A stretch of DNA of 64,000 bases from Nemertoderma westbladi (lineage: Eukaryota > Animalia > Xenacoelomorpha): NCBI GenBank assembly GCA_032718475.1, contig JAUCBJ010002026.1, forward strand, positions 1 to 64,000. The letters run 5' to 3'. This document shows positions 11,184 through 22,032 of this stretch, one piece after another. The notes below the pieces were generated by a model that saw only the letters and a list, made by a program, of their open reading frames with translations, did not search any database and was not told the origin of the DNA. Positions within the stretch are counted from its first letter, which is position 1. The number at the start of each line of letters is the position of its first letter. The translations under genes were made by a program, and so were the position numbers.

Positions 11184-13926
11184 CGCCCTTGGTAATCATA
11201 TCGAGGGTGTTTGGGTAATGGGTAAGTGACTCCACCAAGGTGTCATGTGGGAATGGGCGCAGTTCTAGAACGTCAGCAACAAGAACCTAACCAGCATATG
11301 CGCGGATAGAGGTGTTCAGCTGTTCGTTACCCATCTGAAGTTATCGGTGCTGTCTCGCAGTAGACCGCTTCAGTAATTTCCCATACCCAATATTGGTATC
11401 TCGTCTCGGTTTTATCGGAGGTAAGTCCAACACATGTATTAATACGGCTGCGTCGGGACTGCGAATGGTTTAGTTGTTGTCATGAACTGCTTAGGTTCAT
11501 TGGAAATTAGATACATGGTCCCGATGTCGATTTGTTTTAACCTTGCGGCACTCCGTCTCCCTCAACTCGGGATGATTTCTCGAAGAAGGAATCGCCGTCT
11601 TTGGGACCTTGTTGAATTACTTTGACGATACTGTAGGACTCATTATCATCAGGAATTGTACCATGGAGGTAATTTCGTGCGAAACAGGTGTCCATACGGT
11701 CAATTACCCTATGTTATAACTCTATGTCGGGCGACCAAACTCTTTGTTGTTCGTACAGAGTCTACTGTGTCCTATACTCGCCACCAGACTGGCAGTCAGC
11801 TCAATTTCCATGGTTTGGTTGAGCTGTTCCAACAACGCTAGAATCTCGATACATGATGTAGTCGAAAGGATCGAGAATTTCTGACTGACTTCAGATATAC
11901 TGGAGACAACTGTTCCACGGTTGATGTCTCGAGTCAGTTAGAGTCTATTCATTAGATCGTGACAGTTGCCACATACACAATGGGCAGCGGTTGACGTGGA
12001 GGGGAATACTCGCTGATCTCGGGGAACTCACTTGACTGTACTCTCTAGTCAAAAGGGTCCAAATATGATAAAGGATTCGGTGGTCAAGGATTGCGATTCT
12101 TGGTTTGCTCGTCAAAAAGAGTTCAAACATCTCGGTTTGTGTAAGGTAATTCGGGGAACTACAATAGTTGAACTCCCATCTGAGTTGCTCATCCATCATT
12201 TACGGCTCAGCATATCGAGATAGGGGTTGTTCGTCGGTGATCCAATTGAGAGACCATCCCATAATTCCTTCATAGCCCGAATATATCGATTCCTTAATTC
12301 GTGATCATCTTCAATTAAATCCATTGTTCGATATATATGATCCAAAGATATCAAGAGTTATAAGTGCTTGTCGAAATTGAGGTTAGCGGACATCGCCACC
12401 TCTTCCCTTTCACCCGCAGTATGGTTTGAGTTTCTCGGGCAGTTTATTGTTTTGTTCCGCACCTTCGGATATAACTACCGATCCGGTGGCGGACAATAAA
12501 CTTAAGCCGAGTCCCTCAAAACCATCCAGAGCTGCAGGCCGCTATTGATCATTGCCGGCAAGTCACAAAATATTGAGGCAAAAGCTTTAACTTTACTCGT
12601 GAGATATAAACTGCCAATAGATACTGCAACTCGCTACTGTAACACACATAGATTAGCTGAGATCAATTGTTTATTTCACGGTGCGACACAAATACAAAGG
12701 TTCCGTTGATTTGGTGTTTTCCACGATGCCGCTAATTAAATTTCATAGCTAGTTACTAATTGTATACATATTATTATCCCATTATTTGTTGTTTGACAAA
12801 AATGGAACAATAATTATGCTTTATCTTTCGAATTAATCAACTATAACTGCGGCATCTAGGAGAACGAGAATAGTTAGAGTGGTTCTCATGCATTCAAATA
12901 GAGGTAATGTCATATAACAGATTTATATCTTATTTATCATCTGTGACATCGGTTAAATAACGTGACATGAAATATTAATATATTTCTGTCTGATTGAAAT
13001 AATTTATTTTGTTCCTTCTATTTGAAAATTTTGCAATTTAACATTTATATTAGATATAAAGACGTTAGCAATTGACATTATTGCGCGCACAAATACATCT
13101 GGTTAATTCAGGGATGACTTGTGGCTTTAAATGGTCAAAAGGACAACAGTATTTGACTGTTGTGAAGACTTCCCTCGTTGCACACCGGTTGAATATAAAT
13201 ATATCTATCCGTGAATTAATGTACAAGAAGGCCAAATTGGTTATTTTATTGGGTTGATTTTACAATCCGTTCCCATAATTATTTAAATTTATAACACGAC
13301 GTTAACAACTGATGCTTATTATGATGTGCAAGTACATCGGATAGGTTCAACGATGCCTTGGGACATCCAAACATTCAGTTTGTCAAAGGTATAAACAATA
13401 TATTTATTCATATTGTTATGTGGGGACTTCTCTTATTGTACACCGGCGAACATTAAGCCATTTATAACATAAGTTATTGTACAATAAGACCAAATGGGAT
13501 ATATAGTATAATTACACGGGGTGTTGAACAAAATTTTTACTCAGCAGTGTGAGTTTATTCCGTTCCCGTGATTTGTCATATTTTATTGACGTGCTATGGG
13601 ATTTCTTTTACTGTACACTTTCAGAGCATAAGCCTATTATAGACTCGTAGATTAATGTACAATAAAGCCAAATTTATTTTGTGTCACTATTATTATGTAG
13701 CCTAAATATTTACATTATATTCTTACAGGTACAGCGTACATACATGATATTCTTAGAGCATACCCGTACATACAGTATATTCTTACAGCGTAAATAAGCT
13801 AAACTTTAAGAATCTGCACTCTTTATTTAAATTTTTTAAAAAATTTTGCTATGTTAATCCGAATTTACAATAACCCGTTCCCACGATTTGATGGAATGTT
13901 ATCATCACAATCGTATCCAATGTTTA

Positions 13927-16038
13927 TTAATTTGGATTAATGTGTTCAAGGGAATACAGTGTTGGTTTTTTACGACCATAATCGCCTGATTCCTCGCGGG
14001 CTATTTCCAGCAAACAGAGCCGTCCAATTGGTCTATTCAATGTTTGAGGTACAAATTCTAATTTCTTCTTATCCTTCTCCCTTTGTTTCTTCTTTCTCAT
14101 TACTGATCTCACAAGTCCGTCAGCGGATGTATGGACAACTGTGACACATCCAGTTTGCCATCGTTTCCTCGGGATATCGTCGTCGACTATTAGTATTACG
14201 TCATCAATTCGAAGGTTTTCCTGACGACTAAACCATTTGGTGCGCAGTTGGAGAGATGGTAAGTAGTGTTTCTCGAAGTGTATGGCGAATCTATTGGAAA
14301 GTAATTGCATCATCCGCCATGTTTGACGTAAGTATATATGGGAATCTTCCGAATTAGAAACAGGTACCATAACGATGGGTTTCTTCATCAGGAAGTGAGC
14401 AGGTGTCAGCGACTCCAATGACTTCGGATCAGACGAAGCAGGCATCAATGGGCGGTCGTTAATGTAAGCTGCTATTTCTTCCAGAAAGGTGCGAAGTAAC
14501 TCATCTGTTAGGTATGCCCCGCATGGTATCACGTGGTGGAACGCTATTTTAACACTTCGGATCATCCGCTCCCAGCTACCTCCCCACCATGGTGCGTCAG
14601 CTGCGTTGAACGTCCAAGTCGCCGCATTTACTTTCAATAACTCATCAACTTGCTCCTGGTTCCATCTATCAACATATGTGGTGATTTCTCTGCTAGCGCA
14701 GACGAAATTGGTTCCTTGGTCAGAACGTATAGTTTGACTGCTGCTTTGAATACTGCTGACTGACCGTGCTATCTGTCGTCTCAAACACAAAAGGAAGCTA
14801 TCCATCGACATGTCGTTGACCATATCCAGATGTATCGCTCTACACGTCTGACAAACAAATATAATACACCATCGTTTTACTTTGGTACGTGTTCGTTTGA
14901 CCTCTATTGGTCCAAACATGTCAACACCGGTGTTTGTGAACGGCGGTTGGTAGCAACTTACCCTCTCACGTGGTAACTTCGCTTCAATTTGGGTTAATGG
15001 CTTACTGTACAGTCTTTTACAGGGAATGCAATTCCTTAAAATTTTATTAAGTGACTTACGGGGTTTAACCAAGTAATAACGAGTGCGCAGTTCACTAAGA
15101 ATTCGTTCACGGCCAGCATGGTAAAGTTTGGCATGTGTGTCTTGAATTAACTTACGTTGTATATCTGGGCTATATATTATTATTGGGAATATGGTATCCT
15201 TAGACACAGGAGCGTTAGTCAATCTACCTCCTACCCTAATTAACCCATCTATCATGACACTTGTGCAATTGTCACGCAACGTGATGCCTGGTTCACTCAC
15301 CAATTTATTGTACCTTGCTGGGTCATCGAGTTTCTGAGAAAGACGCAGTAGTTGTTTATTAGTCTCGTCAATATCTCCTCGCGTCACTGCTGGTGTACAG
15401 TCTCTAGACACACCAAAACGGCAGTGCACGTATTTCTTGAGATATGTCACGCTCTTACAAAGTCTATACCAAGAACTATAGTGATTCATTGCTTCTTCCA
15501 ATAAGGGTGATAATCCTCGTTTTATGTTAGGTAATGTATCACTTGATCGTCGTGGTGTGATCTTTGAAGTATCACTAATATGGTTTGGTAAGTCTGAATT
15601 GGTCGTTATGTTTTCATGGGGTTCCTCATGTTTAGCGAAATACGAATTCTGAAGTCCAGAAGTTTCTGGTTTCCGGGTCAAGTCATTGTCAACTATTTGG
15701 GCAGTTATATCAAGTGGTATGGTGAATAACTTTGATTTTGTAGTTTTCCTTGGCTTTATTATTTCGGCTCCCTTAGCGTGTCGGATTTCTGCCGGTGTCA
15801 GATTTTTCGGCCATTCGTTTCCAGCCTCCCATAAGAACTCTGGTCCGTTGAGCCAACATTTGGTATTAATCAACTCTCTTGGAGTCGCACCACGCGAAGC
15901 AATGTCAGCGGGATTGATAGTACCGGGGCAATGCCTCCATTGATCCACCTTTGTGCGGCTGAGCATGATTGCAACTCTGTTCGTTACATATACACTAAAC
16001 TGACATACTTCGTTAGTTAAATATTCTAGAACCAAGAC
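13927..16038 (-). pseudogene. BEL/Pao element A: 3' pol (end of RNase H, integrase, C-terminal domain)
   Basis: WRHCPGTINPADIASRG, LIRVGGRL, HAKLYH...CIPC zinc finger, GVDMFGP, SDQGTNF, PWWGGSWERMI, YLPSLQLRTKW, DGLVRSV. Confidence 0.93.
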
Positions 16039-16606
16039 TGTGACGGGATCCACCGAGGATCCCGGTTTATCCAGTTTCTAATCTACGATCCCCGCCGTGC
16101 GTATGTGAAAAGAGTTCTGATTGTTGGTTGATCAATGCATATAGATATAAGGGTATGATGAATGATAAGATATAGCACAGTTAAAGTGAACGATGTATAG
16201 TGTACTGGTAAAATGGTTTAATATTGTATGGCAGTAGACGGAGATGTGATTAGAGTTCCGGTACTACCCTAACTAACTGACTTACTGAAGTGAATAAATT
16301 GGCACAACGAATGATAATATATATTGCACTGGTTGGCCGCATTACGTTACTCAGTTGATGCCTTCCCCCCATTGGCTAATAACTCACTTCTCGCCTCCCA
16401 TCTCTCTGGGAGTGTTTTCCCTCCCCACTGCTGTTATTCTCTCTCTCGGAGGTATAACCTCTGACCCCCTTTGTGTGTTCCCTTAGGGGTTTGTCGCCCC
16501 GTTTATTGGGGTGACACGAGGTTGATTGGTAACCAACCTCGTGCTCCCAATATTGCTTAAAACCAACTCTGTGTGGGCCTGGTTAGTGGAATTGAATACG
16601 CTAACA
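16039..16606 (-). repeat. 3' LTR of element B
   Basis: Direct repeat of 29233-29800; I counted about 8 substitutions by eye. Confidence 0.97.
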
Positions 16607-16644
16607 CTCCCCCCCATGCTATCTTCCTGGTGAGAAGATAGCAT
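16607..16644 (-). promoter_or_regulatory. Polypurine tract and adjacent stem-loop of element B
   Basis: Minus-strand GGGGGGGAG abuts the LTR; hairpin ATGCTATCTTC-7nt-GAAGATAGCAT lies immediately internal. Confidence 0.8.
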
Positions 16645-17262
16645 CCACCTCTAGTGCGCTACAATTCCGCTGGATCTCGATCTACCATCGAGTGTGGGGT
16701 GGAACTATTTTCCTCGGAGCCAGCTTTCCAGACCGCCCCCTATGGGTATGATATCGCTACCCTGTTTACCTGGCGTCCCGTGTCGGGCCGATCGTGCGCT
16801 CCTCTCACACGACTTTTGTTTCCCCAACACTTTCACCACTAACTCTGCTCCACTCTCACCCTAATTCCTCCATACTCTCGGACTTCCCCGTCCCTCACTC
16901 TGACTCTTACTCCTCCCCCCCCCCCACACTTGAATTGCATCCGCACTCTCTCCGCACTGTTACTCAACCCCTATCTCATCCACTCACTCCTGACGAGTCT
17001 CACCCCCCTCCCATGCCGTCGCACCCAAGAAGTGTGATGTCGTCCAATGTCTTGTTCGTGATAGTCAATCGTCCCCCAATCCCAGTAGCTAATTGGAAAA
17101 AGGTTGTATGACTATAGTACTTACTTTGATTACATTTGCTAAACTAATGATTGCTACGTACGTACATACTAATTGCACTTTTCAATTATTTAGATTACTT
17201 GAATTTGTACTTAGGAGTTCGCATGTCTCGCGTGGTGCCTTCCAGGCATGTTACATCGAAGT

Positions 17263-18534
17263 CTAGTTTGTTCCACCTGCCTTTGGGAACCACCTCAACT
17301 CTTCCCCTCTATCGTCCTCCTCCCTTGGTCGTTTCCTGGTCGCTGCCGCTCCTTTGGTCTTATCTCCCTTCAGGCTCCTGACCCTCGCCGTCACCTCTTT
17401 ACTAATCCCGGTTGTCGACTCCTTGGGCGCTGGTGTTATTAGCTCCCGGTATCGCTTCGCGGGTGGCCCCTCCGAGTGGCCCTGTTGTCTCCCCCTGGTG
17501 GCGTCCCATAGGATCACTTTCATCGCCCGCGGCACATGCTCCGCCAAGAAATCCCTGAACTCTCCTCTGTTCTGTGGCGTCCACCTGTCCAAATACCTCT
17601 GCGTATTTATCACCCCGACATACGACGCCGCCGTCGCCACTTCTTGGTAGGTAAACGGAAGCCTCTGTTTGATAATCTCCATGTGGGCCTCCTGATTGAT
17701 GTTAAAGAAGCCCCACCGGAACTCCTGGGCCTTCATGCGTTGCCGAGTCATGGCCCCGACGTCGGCCTACTCCTCGAAGTTCCTAAACTTCTCTTCGTCG
17801 TCCATCCAGTCGCACTGGCGTCCATAGTGCCCCCGAAAGTTGCACTTCGGACACCGGTTGTTCAACCGTGGACACGCCCCCATCCTGTGGCTTGACTCGC
17901 GGCAGTAGAGACAACTAGTTCCTTTTTGGAACCGGTACAAGCAGCTCCTTTCCTGGTGGGTCTGTCTCCCACAGTAGTCACAGCCGAGCACCAATGTCTC
18001 CCGCCCCACGTCGTCTTTCGTCCCAAGCGATCTCCGCGGTCTGTGGAGTCGCTGGTAAGCGAACTTCCGGACGTTAGCGTCCCTGTCCACATCGATCTCC
18101 TCGCCCCTCCCGGGCATCGTCTCCCCGAATACTACCCGTGGTGCCGTCCCCGGTTGCTCGCCCAACCTGATAGTGCTCCCCGCGAAATCCATCGCCGGCT
18201 CCTCATGCACCCAGGCCCGCTTGCCGGGTCTATCCCAGAAGGCCCTCGCCCCACTGGCCGTCACCACCCTCCCACCAACCCAGTCCGTGTCCGAGTGGCC
18301 GATCCTCCCGATGGGCGGCATCTCTCCGAACTCGTCGTCGTCCTCATCCTCCTCTGGCAGTGGCTCCAACCCTGGTATCCCGGTGGACCCACTGTGTCCC
18401 TTCCCGCCTTGGCTCTCGCCCGTAACATTCCATCCTTCCAGCTCCCCTAGCCTCCTTAGCGGCTGGTCGCCCTCGGCGCCCGCTCGTATGGGCGTCGTCT
18501 GCAATACCGACGTCGACTGTTTCGGTGATCCCAC
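17263..18534 (-). pseudogene. Element B accessory ORF, C-terminal part: acidic/disordered linker, three CCHC zinc knuckles, WGFF-containing domain
   Basis: ORFs 17767-18534 and 17263-17751 share a frame and are separated by one TAG. Knuckles: CDYCGRQTHQERSC, CLYCRESSHRMGAC, CPKCNFRGHYGRQC; then NFEE*ADVGAMTRQR...WGFF. Confidence 0.7.
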
Positions 18535-18722
18535 CGCCCATCCTAATTCTCACCCTAGAGACTCCCCCGAACTCCCTGACGATGTCCAACGAAGTTCGTC
18601 TAAGGCCGCCTGTTCCTCGAAGCCGTAGCTCTGTGCCCTAGCTTCCTCCTCCCTTTCCGCCGCTTCTCTCCTCTCCTGTCTATCGATTTCTTCCAATCGC
18701 TTCACCTCTCATCTATCCGCCT

Positions 18723-19490
18723 CTAGCTGCTCCCATCTCTGATACGCGTATCTACCTCCCCGTCTACCAGATGTCGGCTGTTATAGTACACCGACTCGCC
18801 CTTCAGCCCCGGGTGGTCTACCAGACCCTCGAAAGCCATCTTAAAGGCTCTTCTGTAGCTTAGGGGTGATCCCGATAATAGGAATGCCGTTGGTTCCCTC
18901 TCGATAACCACGGTCATGAATAGGTTAAGCAAACCCATCATTATCCAGTCCTCCTGTAGGATATATCGCTTCTGATATACCTTTATCGCTCCTCTCCGGA
19001 ATTGATACACCTCTTGTTTCCCTGGCCTCGCTCCCCACTTCAGCGAGTTCGCCAAGTCCGCTCCGTACTCCTCTCTGAACTTGCTCCAGTCCATCTGTTT
19101 GTGACACACGAGCCCCATTAGCTGGCCCATTGCCACCGCTCCACAATGGCCTGAGTTCTCCACTAGTCCCAACCCACCTGGTGCTGTCATAGCCATGTAG
19201 ACCGTCTGCGTATCCAGAAGGTTGGGGGTGTCTGGACCGATGATTCTCTCCGCATCGTCGCGAATCGCCGATCCCACTTTCGTCGTCGACTTTTCTCTCA
19301 CTAGGGTTTGCACCGCCTTCGGCAACCGGTTCAACTTCGGCCCGTCCTTCTTTCCATACGTTCCTAGATCGAATAGGAATATATCCCCATTTGGCGCGGC
19401 CAAATGTAGGAGTATGGTTCTGGCCGACCCCGCCGATCCTCTCCTCGAACCCTCCTCGTCTTCCACGGTCCCCTCATCGTCTAGGACCAT
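18723..19490 (-). CDS. Element B accessory ORF, N-terminal part: DEDDy-type 3'-5' exonuclease (WRN-exo/EXD/Mut-7/RNase D-like)
   Basis: ExoI-like VLDDEG; family signature LLHLAAPNGDIFLFDL...LPKAVQTLV...TKVGSAIRDDAERI (ExoII); LLDTQ; ExoIII-like QKRYILQED. Confidence 0.75.
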   Translation of the reverse strand: MVLDDEGTVEDEEGSRRGSAGSARTILLHLAAPNGDIFLFDLGTYGKKDGPKLNRLPKAVQTLVREKSTTKVGSAIRDDAERIIGPDTPNLLDTQTVYMAMTAPGGLGLVENSGHCGAVAMGQLMGLVCHKQMDWSKFREEYGADLANSLKWGARPGKQEVYQFRRGAIKVYQKRYILQEDWIMMGLLNLFMTVVIEREPTAFLLSGSPLSYRRAFKMAFEGLVDHPGLKGESVYYNSRHLVDGEVDTRIRDGSS

Positions 19491-20149
19491 GTATCCTTCT
19501 CTGCTGACGGACTCTACTGACTCTACTCCCTGAAATGGTCTTGCAGCGCTCGCGCCCCGTGACCTCTCTCCAACCGCTTGTAGTATTCCCTCGTCTTCTC
19601 TTCCGGATGCCTCTTGGTGAAATCCACCAGTATCCCCTTTCCTCCTGACTCCGCCTTTCTCTTCCTCATCAGTTTCCCCGCAATTCCAAACTCTCTCACT
19701 CGCTCACCTGTAAGGTGGTGCCTTGCCAAGGCGCAGTACAGATGAGTGATAGGTTAAGATGGTCGGTACGGTTCGACAATGGCCTATTTCTTACTTAATT
19801 TTGAGTTATAGTCTAATTTTTACTAGTTAATTCCTAAAACTGTCAAATTGTACCCTAAATTGTAATTTTGTCCATTACTTTAATTATGTTCCAGAATTTT
19901 CTTTCTACTGTTACCATCATTTATCTAATTTTCTGATTCTATTTTTATTTTAATTTAATCGTACTACTGTGCTATTACCTACTTATTATCGCCGATGGAT
20001 TACTCTACTTCGTAATCCACATTCTGGCCTACTCTGTGGGCTTGTGCAGTAAAACAGTATGCATCGTGTGGCCTACACGATTTATCCAGCTGTACTCATA
20101 TGCCCCCCTCTTGCTGCTTACTACTAATATCTATATTGTACATACCCTT

Positions 20150-20700
20150 CTACCACTAACTCTTACTAACCGGTACTATGTACCCTCTTACTAACTTTTA
20201 ACTAACTTCTACTAACCGGTACTACGTACCCTCTAACCTCTAACTCCACTAACTAACTAACCGGTACTATGTACCCTCTTACTAACCTCTAACTCCACTA
20301 ACTAACTAACCGGTACTACATACCCTCTTACTAACTCTAACTCCACTAACTAACTAACCGGTACTACGTACCCTCTTACTAACTCTAACTCTCTCCAACT
20401 AACTAACGGTACTACGTACCCTCTTACTAACTCTAACTCTCTCCAACTAACTAACTACTACTAACTACTAACTAACTAACTAACTAACTAACGGTACTAC
20501 GTACCCTCTTACTAACTCTAACTCTCTCCAACTAACTAATGGTACTACGTACCCTCTTACTAACTCTTACTCTCTCTAACAGTACTACGTACCTTCTAAC
20601 TACTAACTCTTACTAACTAACTAATGGTACTACGTACCTTCTAACTACTAACTCCTAACGGTACTACGTACCTTCTAACTACTTAACTAACTAACTTCCA
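20150..20700. repeat. Degenerate ~40-45-bp tandem array between pol and the accessory ORF of element B
   Basis: Repeats of CTAACTAACCGGTACTACGTACCCTCTTACTAACTCTAACTC with CTAA expansions. Confidence 0.9.
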
Positions 20701-20823
20701 TCTGCCTACTTACTCTCTCTTTATTTATTTATTATTTTTTTTATATTTTATGTGTGGGAAGGGCGTCTCGCCCTCAATCCCACCCCCCTCAGTCCAAAAC
20801 TTGGACGACTGAATACTACTCAT

Positions 20824-22032
20824 CTAAGGTGCTCCCTCTAGTAGGCAGCACTTCCCTACAGCCCTTCTGTAGGTCTTTCTATCTTTTGCTCCTATTTAGC
20901 CACCTATCCGCACTTCTACCGATCGGACTCTTCCGTCCTCATCGGAGTAAGTGCCCACAACTCTCGCCAATCGCTATTGGTTGTTGACGATGGTATCATC
21001 CGTGACGATAACCAGATCACCCTCTTTTAACTCCCTATTCGTGTTCCTCCACTTGCTTCTCCTATGTAGCGTGGGTAGATATTCCTCAACCCACCTCCTC
21101 CAGTACTCTGCGCTTATCGCCTTGGCGACTTTCCAGCTCTGTCGGGAGTGTATATCGTCTGGGTCTACACCCCACATGTCGATGGTCGCTGGCCTCTCCA
21201 TTAGAAAGTGACTAGGTGTCAGCACGTCTAATGACTCCGGGTCATCATTTTCTGGATATAGCGGTCTGCTATTAATGATACCCTCGCACTTTGCTAGTAC
21301 CGTCCTCAGCACGTCCTCTGTTACCATGTGGGTGTTCATCAATTTCGTCATCAGACGCTTGGAACTACCCACTAGTCTCTCGACGCATCCTAAAGTATGC
21401 GGAGCATACGGTGTCCTCCTCTCCCACTTCACCTGTCGTCTTCTCATGGCTGCCCTGACTTCCTCCCCTTCCAGGATATCCAAGGCATCCGCCATCTCAT
21501 TCTCCGCCCCCACAAAGTTTGTTCCGTTGTCGGAATATATTACTGCAATCGTCCCACCTTTGCGGTCTCTGAACCTTTCTAGAGCATTAATGAATGCTGA
21601 TGCGGTTGCATCTTGGGCGAGTTCTATCCCTACCGCCCGTGTGTTGTTACATATGAAGATGATGCCGTAGTGCTTCTCCGTGTGCCGCATCACCTTAATC
21701 TTTATCGGCCCGAACATATCCACACCGCAATGCGTAAATGGCGGGTCGTGTTGTCTCACCCTGCTGGCCGGTAGCGGCGCCATCTCCTGTATAGCTCGCT
21801 CCTTCTTAGCTCGTCGGCAGGTCTGGCACTGCCCCACTACCGCCTTTACCTTCTTTCTCAACTGTTTGACCCAAAAGGTCCTTCGTATCTCCGTGAGGGT
21901 CCGGCTGGTGCCCCCGTGCAATATCGACTTATGGGAGTCCCAGATAATCTGGTGGACTATCGGCGATCCATTAGGGATGATGATGGGCTTTGGTGGGATG
22001 ACAATACTGTTGTTGTTCACACCTGAGTTCAT
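20824..22032 (-). pseudogene. Element B integrase
   Basis: HKSILH...CQTC, GVDMFGP, SDNGTNFVGA, GCVERLV, YLPTLHRRSKW. Homology continues past the TAG at 20974 (DGRVRSV). Confidence 0.93.

Noticed and set aside
17354-18628. Overlapping plus-strand ORFs of 100-174 aa
   Set aside because: Antisense shadows of GC-rich coding sequence with no recognisable motifs; the same applies to plus-strand ORFs opposite the BEL pol genes.
17263-19729. env gene in element B
   Set aside because: No signal peptide, transmembrane helix or glycoprotein cysteine pattern; the motifs indicate an exonuclease and zinc knuckles.
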